Shown in pieces: positions 38,400 to 51,119 of a DNA stretch of 64,000 nucleotides (positions are counted from its first letter, which is position 1; each line of letters opens with the position of its first letter). The notes beneath the pieces were generated by a model. That model saw only the letters and a program-made list of their open reading frames with translations, searched no databases and had not been told where the DNA came from. The stretch comes from Squalus acanthias (taxonomy: Eukaryota), in the NCBI GenBank assembly GCA_030390025.1, contig CM059425.1, positions 178,066,001 through 178,130,000 on the forward strand. Direction: 5' to 3'. The position numbers were made by a program, and so were the translations under genes.

Positions 38400-38912
38400 C
38401 ATTCTGACCCCTCTGTCCTCGGCCTCCTGCACTGTTCCAATGAAGCTCAATGTAGGCTCGAGGAACAGCACCTCATCTTTCGGTTAGGCACTTTACAACC
38501 TTCCATACTCAACACTGAGTTCAACAATTTCAGATCATAACCTCTGCTCCCATTTTTTCGAACGGCAGTTGCTGCTCATGATTCTGATATTTCTGATATT
38601 CATTTACATCTCCTCTAGACCCATCTTTTGTATCTTTACTTGTTCCATTACCATCTCCTTTTGACTTGCACCAACATCCCTTTCGTCATTTAATCTCTCC
38701 TGCCTTCCACTCTATCACAGACCTTCCCTTTTGTTCTTTCCCCCCCTCCCCCCTTTCCCTGCCTCTGTTTCTGCTTAAAACGGGTTACATCTCTAACCTT
38801 TTCCAGTTCTGATGAAAGGTCATCGACCTGAAATGTTAACTCTGTTTTTCTCACCACAGATGCTGCCTGACCTACTGAGTATTTCCAACATTTTGTGTTC
38901 TTATTTCAAATT
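38400..38912 (+). mobile_element. Penelope-like element 3' end
   Basis: Homologous to 24548-25015 and 34250-34670. Confidence 0.82.
38805..38841 (+). ncRNA. Minimal hammerhead ribozyme
   Basis: AGTT-CTGATGA-aAGGTC atc GACCT-GAAA-TGTT-AACT. Confidence 0.75.
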
Positions 38913-39989
38913 TCAGTGTTCATTGGCATTTTCATTTGTACTTTTTCCGGAGGTTCCACTTTATAAGTCTTTGATAGGTTGTCTGGAAGGAAAGAAATTG
39001 GTTTGGGGAGATATCTCTGCTGTACAGCTCAACCCAGTATCTTCTGCTGGTTTGGCTACAAATTAGCAACACCAGCAGTCTTGGAAATGAAGATCACATG
39101 GAAGGGAGAATGGGGGAAATGTGTAATTGGTTGTAGAGAAGGCATCTGCAATAAAGTTTTGCTTTCTAAATATAATCCGCCTTGATGTTCCAAAAGCTAT
39201 ATAATGCACGCTATTAAAGGGATTCTATAATGCAAGTATTTCTTTTTAAAGGGGCCAAAAATCTAATAGGGCTACAGATTATCAGTTCCGAGATAAGGGA
39301 TGTCAAGGTAATTAAACCATTCTTTTCATCGCTAGGGCCTGAGTTCAAATCCTGCCCAGACTGATGGGCTGAAGGTTTCCCCTGATTATTGGCTGTAAGG
39401 GTCTTATGTGAAATTATTTTGGGCAATCTCGATCCGCTTTTTAGTAGCCATCAGTCGACAGTGCAAAAATGTCCCTAATTTATTATTAAATTGAAATCTC
39501 AGAAAGACTACATGATGGCTTGTGTGGGAAATGGAAAAATATCACACTGGTATAGTAGGGGTTCTGAGGTTGGAATTGAGGTAGATTAGTGAGCTAGAGT
39601 AGAGGCAGCTTTTCTCTACATCTAATCGTGCTGTACCTAGCCTGGTAGTTTTTGATGCCTGGCAATTCCAGCACTAAATTTTTGGGCCTAATAAGCACAT
39701 AAAAGTCTCATCCCTAAGCTACAGAGCCTTATAAACAAATTTCCTGTATTTGTGCCTGCTGAGAAGCTCTGGTAAAATTACAACCAGATTTTCAGGCGCG
39801 CAGGCAGCTGAAACACATGCAAAACAGCTGCTCCAGGAAGCATTGAAGCTGTTCTCGTGCTATGAATCCAGACAACCATTCTCCAGTCCTTTTGAGAAGT
39901 AAAAATGTCTTCTTTGCTGGCTCTACTCCTGCTTATCAATATCATGGAGGAAATGAGGAAGAAAACCACAGATAGAAGGCCTGGAGAGT

Positions 39990-40240
39990 GAAGCACCATC
40001 AGTGGAGACAGACCCCCCCCACACGTAAGTACTTGGCCCAGAGAGTATATAGGCCATGACTGATATGTGAGTCGATGTCCGAGGGGTTAACTGTGCAACA
40101 GCTGAGCTTTACAAAGGAGGCCTTCAACCGAGTCTGCAACTTGCTCCATGCTGAGTTAAAGCCCAAATCCACAAGTAGCAGAGTCTTAACTGTAGAAATG
40201 AAGGTCGCCATGGCCCTCAACATTTACAGGTTTGGATTCT
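39990..40240 (+). pseudogene. Harbinger (HARBI1-like) transposase N-terminal relic
   Basis: RVYRP*...LSFTKEAFNRVCNLLHAELKPKSTSSRVLTVEMKVAMALNIY resembles the PIF/Harbinger transposase HTH region. Confidence 0.6.
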
Positions 40241-40389
40241 TCTGATTACCATGAAATCATTCTCACTCAGGAAGTGAACACAATATCAAGGATGGTCAGC
40301 ATTGATCATTTATACCCTGAACAACCCAGCAATAGATTTCAGGAAACATTTCTTTTCAAGCTGAAGAAAGCAAAGACTTTCTTGCATCA

Positions 40390-42330
40390 CCATCCAACAA
40401 TGTGGAAAACTGCCCAGGTATGTCCTGTCCACAAAAAGCAGGACAAATCCAATCTGGCCAATTATCGCCCCATCAGTCTACTCTCAATCATCAGTAAAGT
40501 GATGGAAGGTGTTGTCGACAGTGCTATCAAGCACCACTTACTCACCAATAACCTGCTCACTGATGCTCAGTTTGTGTTCCGCCAGGACCACTCCACTCCA
40601 GACCTTATCTGAGGAAGGATGTTCTTGCCATGGAGGGAGTGCAGCGAAGATTCACCAGACTGATACCTGGGATGGTAGGAATGAAATATGAAGAGAGATT
40701 GGGTTGATTAGGCTTATATACGCTAGAGTTTAGGAGATTGAGAGGGGATCTCATTGAAACTTATAAAATTCTAACAGGACTAGACAGACTAGATGCAGGA
40801 AGGCTGTTCCCGATGGTGGGGGAGTCCAGAACCAGGGGTCACAGTCTAAGGATAAGGGGTAAACCATTTAGGACTGAGATGAGGAGGAATTTCTTCACCC
40901 AGAGAGTGGTGAACCTGTGGAATTTCTACCACAGAAGGCAGTTGAGGCCAATTCATTAAATATATTCAAGAAGGAGTTAGATATATTTCTTAAGGCTAAG
41001 GGGATCAAGGGATATGAGGAGAAAGCAGGGACAGGGTACTGAATTTGGATGACCAGCCATGATCGCATTGAATGGCGGAGCAGGCTCGAGGGGCCGAATG
41101 GCCTACTCCTGCTCCTATCTTCTATGTTTCTATGTTTCTATGACCTCATTACAGCCTTGGTCCAAACATGGACAAAAGAGCTGAATTCCAGAGGTGAGAT
41201 GAGAGTGACTGCCCTTGACATCAAGGCAGCATTTAACCGAGTGTGGTATCAAGGAGCCCTAATAAAATTGAAGTCAATGGGAATTAGGGGGAAAACGCTC
41301 CACTGGCTGGAGTCATACCTCACATAAAGGAAGATGGTTGTAGTTGTTGGAGGTCAATCATCTCAGCCACAGGACATTGCTGCAGGAGTTCCTCAGGGCA
41401 GTGTCCTGGGCCCAACCATCTTCAGTTGCTTCATCAATGACCTTCCCTCCATCATAAGGTCAGAAGTGGGAATGTGCACTGATGATTGCACAGTGTTCAG
41501 TTCCATTCACAACGCCTCAGATAATGAAGCAGTGCATGCCCGAATGCAACAAGACCTGGACGACAGGCAATGACTACCTCCAACAAGCGAGAGTCTAACC
41601 ACCGCCCCTTGACATTCAACGGCATTACCATCGCTGAATCCCCCACAATAAACATCTTGGGGGGTCACCATTGACCAGAAACTTAACTGGACCAGCCACA
41701 TAAATACTGTGGCTACAAGAGCAGGTCAGAGGCTAGGTATTCTGCGGCGAAGTGTCTCACCTCCTGACACCCCAAAGCCATTCCACCATCTACAAGGCAC
41801 AAGTAAGGAGTGTGGTGGAATACTCTCCACTTGCCTGGATGAGTGCAGATCCAACAACCTTCAAGAAGCATGACACCATCCAGGACAAAGCAGCCCGCTT
41901 GATTGGCACCCCATCCACCACCTTTAACATTCACTCCCTGCACCACCAGCGTACCGTGGCTGCAATGTGTACCATCTACAAGATGCACTGCAGCAACTCG
42001 CCAAGGCTTCTTCGGCAGCACCTCCCAAACCTGCGACCTCCACCACCTAGAAGGACGAGGGCAGCAGACGCATGGGAACACCATCACCTCCAAGTTCCCC
42101 TCCAAGTCACACACCATCCTGACTTGGAAATATATCACCGATCCTTCATCGTTGCTGGGTCAAAATCCTGGAACTCCCTCCCTAACAACACTGTGGGAGT
42201 ACCTTCACCACAAGGACTGTAGCGGTTCAAGAAGGCGGCTCACCACCACCTTCTCAAGGGCAATTATGGATGGGCAATAAATGCTGGCCTTGCCAGCGAT
42301 GCCCAAATCCCAGGAATGAATTTAAAGAAA
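40390..42330 (+). mobile_element. CR1-group LINE (distinct family, DIKAAFxRVW), 5'-truncated, with nested CR1
   Basis: NYRPISLLS, ALDIKAAF, GVPQGSVLGP; tail gggcaataaatgctggcc. Confidence 0.88.
40607..41140 (+). mobile_element. Young CR1 3' fragment nested in LINE
   Basis: Highly similar to 11190-11720; gacct is repeated at both junctions; host frame PDL|ITALVQ resumes. Confidence 0.9.
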
Positions 42331-43256
42331 GCTACCTGCTGATTTAAAACCCTTGAATTATAGCATGAACATGATGGAAATTAGACTTAAGTTGTAGTTC
42401 TTCAGCATTGTTAGCCTATGCCTTTAACATCCCCTTATCATGTTTAACCCATTTGACCTGCCTATGGAGAATCTTTTCCACCATGGGATGGATTGCCTGC
42501 TCAATCTCCTGCTCAATCTTTGCTGCATGATGCAATATTCTGGGAATGTAGTGCCAGGTGAGCCTCCCATCACAATCCATGTGGACCTATGTGCTATGAA
42601 ACATTTCCCAGTCAGAGAAAATCATGTTCGTATTCAGGCAAGACAAATTCCACAAGATCAGCTATTATGAGGCTTTCCAGTAAAACTTGTTGGGGGTAGG
42701 GGAAGTAGTCAAAGCCAGGATCCAAGGAGTCATTTCTTCACCTGCTCTCTTGAGGACTGCTGAACCAGCACATTTTGGGATCCACTTTCTTCATTTTCCA
42801 GCTGCCTCTCCCTTGCCCCTTCGTTACTTGCTTTCTACCCCATTCTTCTCTCAAAGACTCCCCATCTCATTGCTGTGAAATTCAGCCTGCCACTGAATTC
42901 CTCAAGCTTTGGCTTGGGCAGCTTTGGATCTCTCCTCTGGACCACAGAATTGGCTGCCTGATCAAATTCTTGTTATTCACCACCATGTCCCTGTTTTACA
43001 GAATGAATAGCCAGGTTTTTCATACTCTCTTATTGCATCCTTTTCATCCTGTGCATATTGCATTTGACTACCCTGTTGCATTGGCTGTGACGTCTTATTC
43101 CTTGTTATACAGTACTGAATATTTATCTGTTACTATCTCTCTATTTTGGATATATATACTTATAGCTTTCCTATTTTTAGTATGATAAAATCCTGAATAA
43201 AAAGTATCAAAAATGAAACACAAAATTAGTAAACTAAGAATTTAACAGAAAGATAG

Positions 43257-43717
43257 AAGAAAGAAAGACTTGCATTTATGTAGCACCTTTCATGACCACC
43301 GGATGTCCCAAAGTGCTTTACAGCCAATGAAGTACTTTTTGAAGTGTAGTTACTGTTGTAATGTAGGAAACGCAGCAGCCAAACTGCACTCAGCAAACTC
43401 CCACAAACAGCAATGTGATAATGACCAGATAATCAGTTGATTGAGGGATAAATATTGGGCCAGGACACCAGGGATAACTCTCTGCTCTTCTTCAAAATAG
43501 TGCCATGTAATCTTTTACATCCTCCTGAGAGAGCAGACGGGACCTTGGTTTAACAACTCATCCGAAAGACAGCACCTCCGACAGTGCAGCACTCCCTCAG
43601 CACTGCACTGGCGTGTCAGCCTAGATTTTTGTGCTCAAGTCACTGAGTGGGACTTGAACCCACAACCTTCGTGACTCAGAGGCAAGCGTGCTACCAACTG
43701 AGCCACTGGCTGACACT
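43257..43717 (-). mobile_element. Full-length tRNA-derived Deu-domain SINE with L2-like tail (SacSINE1-like)
   Basis: - strand: A box tggctcagttgg, B box ggttcaagtccc, Deu core ctttcggatgagttgttaaacc, tail ataaatgcaagtctttc shared with L2. Confidence 0.85.
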
Positions 43718-43727
43718 AGATAATAGA

Positions 43728-44393
43728 ATGCAGGTACAAAAAATAATTTAAAAAGCTAATGGAATGTTAGTCTTTATCTCAAGGGGGCTGGAATACAAAG
43801 GAGTGTAAGTTATGTTACAGTTTTATAAAGCTCCGGTTAGACCCCATTTAGAGAACTGCGTTCAGTTCTGTGCACCACACCTCAGGAAGGATATATTGGT
43901 CTTGGATGAGGTGCAGCACAGATTCATCAGAATGCTACTGGGATAAAAGGGGGTTAAGTTATTAGGACAGGTTGCATAGGCTAGGCTTGTATTCCCTTGA
44001 GTATGGAAGATCTAATTGAGGTGTTTAAGATGATTAAAGGAGTTGATAGGGTAGATAGAGAGGAACTATTTCTTCTGGTGGTGGGGTCCAGAACAAGGGG
44101 GCAAAACCTTCAAATTAGAGCTAGGTTGTTCGGGGGTGATGTCAGGAAGCTCTTCTTCACACAAAGGGTTGTGGAAATCTGGAATTCTCTCCCCAAAAAG
44201 TGGTTGAAGCTAGGTCAATTGAAAATTTCAAAACTGAGATTGATAGATTTTGGTTCAGCAAGGGTATTAAGGGTTATGGAACCAAGGCGGGTAGATGGAG
44301 TTAAGATACAGATCAGCCATGATCTAATTAAATGGCACAACAGGCTCGGGGGGCTGAATGGCCTCCTCCTGTTCTTCTATTCATATGTTCCTA
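43728..44393 (+). mobile_element. CR1 3' fragment
   Basis: DLIEVFKMIKG, FFTQRVV, 3' UTR. Confidence 0.85.
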
Positions 44394-44579
44394 ATACTAT
44401 CAATTCATTAATGTATTTTCTAACCTGATCTTTTAGCAGTCTGTTTTCTTTAATTTCTTGTGACATTAAATTTTCATATTGTAAATGTTAAGTAGTCACA
44501 CAGTGACTTGTTTATTTTTCTCATGTATTACGCCACAATTATATGAACACTTAAACCATTTTTCCTCTTCCTACCATAG

Positions 44580-44645
44580 GGTGCCTTTATTATCCATATG
44601 GCCTCCAATTTTATGACAGAGGAGCTACTTGCGAAAGGGCTCAGA
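44580..44645 (+). CDS. lvrn: M1 aminopeptidase exon E, 66 bp
   Basis: ccatag|GGT...AGA|gtgagt; GAFIIHMASNFMTEELLAKGLR, corresponding to the GASxxRML helix. Confidence 0.88.
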
Positions 44646-44816
44646 GTGAGTTTAAAAAGGTCTTTCCTGGTTTGAGTCAGTAAGCTCTCTGGTAATAGAA
44701 ATAATGATTCACAATATGATTTGAAACCGTTTCAAGGGTTGTCATTTCTCTTCACAGCAATTGCTTGCCTTTATTTCTTCAAACACAGCATTTCAGTTTT
44801 CCTCTTTGTTTTACAG

Positions 44817-44882
44817 TCATACCTCAAGACCTATTCCTATTCAAATGCTGTGACAGATGACATGTGGAATCATTTGCAGATG
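44817..44882 (+). CDS. lvrn: M1 aminopeptidase exon F, 66 bp
   Basis: ttacag|TCA...ATG|gtgggt; SYLKTYSYSNAVTDDMWNHLQM, very close to the LVRN segment as recalled (SYLKTFSYSNAEQDDLWRHFQM). Confidence 0.9.
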
Positions 44883-45788
44883 GTGGGTTTAGCATGGGTT
44901 TAAATGGCCATCATGTACTATTGTACATTTTTACACACTGATGCTGCATATTTTTTAAAGTTACTTTTTTTGTTTCTTTCCTGTTTCATAGTTGGGCTAT
45001 TACAAACTGTTCACTGCTGTGTATATGGTGTAAAATTAAATTGTTTTATTGGAACCTATTTTTATGTGACGCACTCTGAAAACTTCATACTATGTTCATG
45101 AATGGAGTATTTGAATAGGTTTGTAATCAGCGTCATGGTTTTTTAATCATACGTCTCACTTCTCACCCTTCCATGATGGTGACAGCTTTATGGGCATCAT
45201 ATACTTTTCCTGACCAAGAGGTTGGGCTAGAGACTTGCTGCTGAGCTTCCACTAATGTAATCATGTAGCCACCTGCTAGAGATATGGGGGGTACAACCTG
45301 TTGTTTCCTCATTGTGAGGAAACACTTGTGACTAAAAATTGATCCTTGTTGCAAAAAGGACCAATTTTGGGCCGCAAAATCCCATGCCTAATTTGCACCT
45401 GCATTACAGGCATTGCCCAAAGCAAACGTTGGGCCTTTTATGTATGCGAATGAGGAACTGAAAGCCTGTTTTAGAGCACTTTGCAAAATTTGGTTTGGAT
45501 TCAGCTCAAGATTCTTTAATAGCCGCTGTGGCCTAAGTAGCTCCCCCGACTCACAGTCCATGCAATGAGCCCTCCAGCCCCCTATCCTCCGTTGCCGCTC
45601 CAAGCGAAGGTGGAAATTGCGGAGGCTTTGGCCAGAATCTTCCAATCCTCCTTAGATATGGGGGTGGTCCCAGAGGACTGGAGGATTGCAAATGTTACAC
45701 CCCTGTTTAAAAGAGGAGAGAGGGATAAACTTGACAACTACAGGCCAGTCAGCCTAACGTCAGTGGTGGGGTAACTTTTAAAGACAAT

Positions 45789-48320
45789 GGCCACGATTTT
45801 GCTGACCTTGGCGGGTACGTGGCAGGCGATGTTGGTGGCGGGTCCTGACCCCATTGCTGGCTCCATTCCGGCCTCTGAAATGATTTTCCCTTGATGGGGC
45901 TAGTTAAGCCCGCCCAGCGAGTTTCCCGCCCAATTAGAGGAAGCGGGTCTGGTGACGTCATTTGATGATGCGTCATCAGCCGGTTTTCTTAAAGGGACCA
46001 TGGCCAAATTTAGTTTAACATTTGTGCTGTCAGTGTTCTACAGCATTGAGGTGCTGCAAATATTGACAAGCACTGCACAGAGGTGCAGGGCTCCACCCAG
46101 GCTCTCCCATGACTTCCTCCATAAGCTTATGGAGGGAGTCACAGCACGCAGGGAGGTTCTCTTCCCTTCTGATGGGCAGAAGAGACCTCCCCAGGACACC
46201 AAAACAGCCTGGTTGCACATTGCACAGGAGGGCACAAGCAGGGATGTGGTCAGGTGGACCAGGGTGCAGTGACACAAACGTTTCAATGATCTCAGTAGGT
46301 CACGAAATGTTAGTACAAAGCCACACTCAACCTCATCCTGCTGACACATCCCCATCACTCTGCCTTCCCTACCCTACTCCTGCATATCCTTACTCACACC
46401 AACTTACCTTGGACCTCCACCCATCCCTTTCCCTCTATCTATATTATCACAACCCTGTCTCACGAGCCACCCCTCACACTCACCCTCATCCTAGTGCAAT
46501 CATATCAACTAACAACACACAAGGGTAGGCACTTGAGTGTTTTATGCAATGTTCATGTAAAGTTTCTGTTAATGTGGTGTCAAACATTGAAACCTTTATT
46601 TTCAACATTTTGCGTTCTTGGACAGATGTGTGTGCACCTTTGGAAGTGGCGTAGCGAGTTGCAGTGAATGGTGAGACATAACGGTACCCCCCGCAATGGT
46701 GATGAGTGTGAAAGGAATGGCTTGGGCATTGTAGGGATGCTTTATGGTGTTGGTGTCTCTTCTTCTTAGGCAGTCCCTCGGAACCGAGGATGACTTGCTT
46801 CCACATTAAAAATGAGTACTCAGGTGACTGATGAGTCCAATGTGGGACCTACAGTCTCTGTCACAGGTGGGGCAGAGGTGGTTGAAGGGGTGGGTGGGTG
46901 GGGTGCTCGGGTTGACGTGCGCTCCTTCCGCTGTTTGCGCTTGGCTTCCCCTTGCTCCCAGCGAAGAGACTCGAGGTGTTCGACGCCTTCCCGAATGCTT
47001 CTTCTCCACTTTGTGCGGTCTTGGGCCAGGGATTCCCAGGTGTCGGTGGGGATGTTGCACTTTTTCAAGGAGGCTTTGAGGGTGTCCTTGAAGCGTTTCC
47101 TCTGCCCACCTGGGGCTCTCTTGCCATGTCGGAGCTCCGAGCAGAGCGCTTGTTTTGGGAGTCTCGTATCGGGCATGCGGACGATGTGACATGTCCATCG
47201 GAGCTGATCGAGCGTGGTCAAAGCTTCGATGCTGGGGATGTTGGCCTGAGCGAGAACACGGACATTGGTGCACCTATCCTGCCAATGGATTTGCAGGATC
47301 TTGCGGAGGCAGCGTTGGTGGTACCTCTCCAGTGCTTTGAGGTGCCTGCTGTACATGGTCCATGACTCTGAGGCATACAGGAGGGCGGGTATCACTACTG
47401 CTCTGTAGACCATGAGCTTGGTGCCAGGTTTGAGGTCCTGGTCTTCATACACTCTCTTCCTCAGGCGACCGAAGGCTGCACTGGCACACTGAAGGCAGTG
47501 TTGGACTTCGTCATCGATGTCTGCCCTTGTTGACCTGGCACATCATGTGGCAGCCAGGGTGTACAGCATCAAGTGAAGTAAATCTGGCCATGCTGAGGCC
47601 ATCCCTGGCCTCCCGGGCAGCAATGTGGTCGGGTGCTGATGCCCTGTGTCCTGTGCAGCATCAGTTGATTGCAGAGAAGGTTGGTGTTGTTGTTGGTGCT
47701 GCTGGTGTGCCTGGTGCTGCTGGTGTTGGGGCTGATCGTGGTGGGATTCTAAGGACCAAGGTGAGAGAGTATAATGGGCACCCATGCTGATGTAATAGAT
47801 GGCAGGTTAGGTAGAGATGACAGAAGCAATCTGTCAATGGTGAGAGAGGTAATGAGGTCAGACTGGATGGAGACTTGTAGCATGGTGAATCTGTTGTGGA
47901 AATGCAGTGAGGAAGAGCTTGTGGCTGAGGGAAGATATCTCTGTAAGGTGGGAGCTTTTACTTGGGAGCTTTTACTTGACATTTGAAGCTGTCAACACAT
48001 TCGCTGATTCAATGGCCACTGTCCTCCCGCCTCAGTTTCACAGACGTGGTCCAACCAAAGGGTTAAAACCGTGGGTGAGCTGTCAAATTCAAAAGGTCAG
48101 TTTAAAACCTTTGTTAATTGGCTGTACACAAGACACTGATCATTTAAATTGGCTCCCCCGCTGCTGTGTGTCAGGTCTGCTCAGCGCTCACACACCCGAC
48201 ATTTGGTAAAGGTGCGTGACGGCGGGTTCACAGTGGGGTCCCGACCCGCTGGGGAAAAAAAACTCTTTCCCACCCGACCTGCCACCGATTGCGCCCGCTG
48301 ACCCCCGGAAAATCTCGGCC
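45789..48320. mobile_element. Non-autonomous Harbinger element with Myb/SANT relic
   Basis: TIRs ggccacgattttgc / ggaaaatctcggcc; 3-bp TSD AAT; Myb-like PRLSHDFL..REVLFP..AWLHIA..Q*HKRFNDL at ~46080-46293. Confidence 0.88.
46757..47526 (-). mobile_element. RTE-clade LINE 3' fragment
   Basis: TKLMVYRAVVIPALLYASESW, QLRW, GGQRKRFKD, C-terminal CPTCDRDC..H; (gaa)n tail; absent from the sister Harbinger copy. Confidence 0.9.
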
Positions 48321-51119
48321 AATAATCTGGGACAAAATTAATTGGCACTTGGAAAAATATGGGCTAATAAATGAAAGTCAGTGCAGTTTTGTTAAAGGCA
48401 AATCATGTTTGACTAACTTGATTGAGTTCTTTGATGAAGTAATGGAGAGGGTTGATGAGGATAGGGCGGTTGATGTGTATATAGATTTTCAGAAGGCGTT
48501 TGATAAAGTACCATCAAAGAGCTGGCACAGGCATGATGGACCAATGGCCTCCTTCTGTGCTGTATCATTCTATGATTCTAAGGCCCCTCCTGTGACTTGC
48601 CTTAAGGCTGTTTGCTGGCGAGTGGCCCAATATTCAACAATGTAAGCTGCCAGTGGTGGTGCAACAAGTGCTGGCAACTCGCGCAAAAATGTTAATGAGC
48701 CCCGAGGTCCAATTTCAGAATGGTGCGGCGCCTCCCAGTTAGGGCGTGTGCCAGGTCTGGACCAAAAACGGGCCCCAACCAATTTCCATCCCCTGATCTC
48801 CATTTCTCTGCATTTCCCTGGCAGAATATTTAAGATGGAGAACTCTATGTGTGGGAAATCGCAACAGTAAGCTTGAGTCCTATATGCCAATGATACATAG
48901 CATTGGAATTCCAATATGCTGCATTTTTATGTCACCCACGTCCAATGAATAGACTTTAGGGAAAAGCACAGGAAGCCAAACAAAATTGCCGGTTTCTATT
49001 GTGAGGTAATGCATTTAGTAGAACCTTATGTCCCACTAAATCATTTTAAGAAGCTATGCCTTTTCAGTGTTGAACGTTTTTACAACTGATACTATAGTGT
49101 CTCAATTGCAGAAAATAACACAAGTTATAATCTAAGATATTGTAAAAGAGGGGATAACAATGATTTGTAACACCCTGGAGAAATGTTTCCATTTTCATCG
49201 ATTTGGGATACATTCCCATTGAAACAGATAGACTATTAATGATCTATATGGAATTATTCAATCTACCCTTAAGTTGATCAAGAACAGATTCCACATTTTT
49301 GATCACTTCAGTAACTTGTTCAAGATTTAATGAGCTTGCCCAACTCAGCAATTTTTTATTGAACTCTGTAGTCAATGTGTGTGCTTCCTCCTTATGGTAC
49401 ACATCAGCAGACAGTTAATCATTAGGCAGGTTGGCACAACCAACTGTCTGTATGTTTTTAATAAACATGTGGTTCTTAGTGGGTGAGTGGGATGGTAAGA
49501 GTTAATATTACGGTTCCAGTCAATTAATAGTAGGAGACAAGCTGTTATAAATATGCCTAGTTGTAAAACAATTGAAGCTAGTCATGAATTTATATAAGTT
49601 TTTGTGAAATTGTACATAAACATGAAGTGCTCAGATGGGGCCAGAGCAAATGAACAGAAAGTACAAGTCTAATGGTGGTTTCTGGAAGTACAGCATAGAC
49701 AGTTCGCTGTATGAATGAGCTATGTCAACTGTGTCACAAACAGTTTATTGTCCAGAATCCATTGTTATCTTCACCCACTGCACAAGCTGGCAGCTTATTT
49801 CAAAGCCCATGACCCTCTGTGAAAAGAAAAACCTCCTGACCTTTAACCTAGTTCTATGCTTACATCTGCCAAAGCATCGGGAGGAATGCTCACACATGGC
49901 CCAGAAAGCATAAGGAACTATTCCACCTGACTGATTGTATTGAAAGAAACAGAGAAATATTAACCTAAATAGTACATAGCCCGATCACACGTTCCTGTTT
50001 CCAATTGGGAATAGAAACTCATAAGTTTAGGTGATTGATTTTTTTTCCCCGGTGATCTATGAGAATGATTGAGTAACACCACTCTTATGTCATGACCTAG
50101 ATGATGTCATAATACTCGGTCATATGCTGTGCACTGTTCAAAATACACTGAAATGACATAGGTGTTGATGCATCACACCAAAGCAGCTGACCTCTGCCCA
50201 TAGTGGTCCACCACCAAATAGTGTTGATGCACATTTGAAATTGTGATGACTTCAGTAGTGAAATAAAGAGAATAAAGTTCAGCCCATGAATATTAAATCC
50301 AGCCTGACAAATGATTGCTTGACACATTTCTCTATATATTTTGTTCAAAGCCTGTGAAGGGAAAATGACATACAGCTTTAGGAGAGCTCCATCCTCAGTG
50401 AAATGGATAGGAAAATGTGCCTTGTTTCGCCCTCATGCTACTCAGGACATGGTGAAGCATTTGGTATATTAGTTGCATCACTTGACGTTGTAATTTCTTT
50501 AAAACACAACCAATTTATTATTGCAACATATCTAAACTTCTATAATGTTTGAGTTTAGTCTGTTAAATCTCCTAATATAACACAGTCATTTGTCTGATAA
50601 CTTTTATTACGAATTACTTAATTTACAAAAATGAAGCCATCATCTACATTTTATAATCTATTCATCTCAAATGGGTATAAAAAAGCCACCATATTAAGTA
50701 TAGAACAAACACACATCAAACCTGAAATCCTAAATTTCATAACAAATAGAAAGACACATTTTTTCAAGTTACCTGTAAGAACAGTATTCAAAGATTCTGT
50801 CATTAAAATTTTTATTCCTTTAATCAAAACCTTTTGGAACATATGGATGTATTTGAGATTCAAAGTTCTCAAGAACAGCAAATGTTTTTAATCTTTATTA
50901 CAGCCGGGTTTAATTTTTTTTTAGTACCAATTTCCTTCAAACTCATTACAGTATCTGAACAGACTTCAGCTTTTTTAAATTGGTTTTGAAGTCATTCCTA
51001 TTCAGCCTTATGGTTTGCAAATTGAATTACATTTCATTCTTATGACCTAGTGGAAATCATACTTTTTGTTTAAATGAATTTAATACTTAAGGATTCATAG
51101 TCTAGTTCAGTGATTTTTT

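Larger units (their letters stand above)
45600..48580 (+). mobile_element. CR1 RT fragment split by the Harbinger element (45600-45788 and 48321-48580)
   Basis: PEDWRIANVTPLFK..NYRPVSLTS continues as IIWDKIN..GKSCLTNL after the insertion. Confidence 0.85.

Noticed and set aside
43640..43717. tRNA gene
   Set aside because: The A and B boxes belong to a SINE head followed by a Deu core and LINE tail
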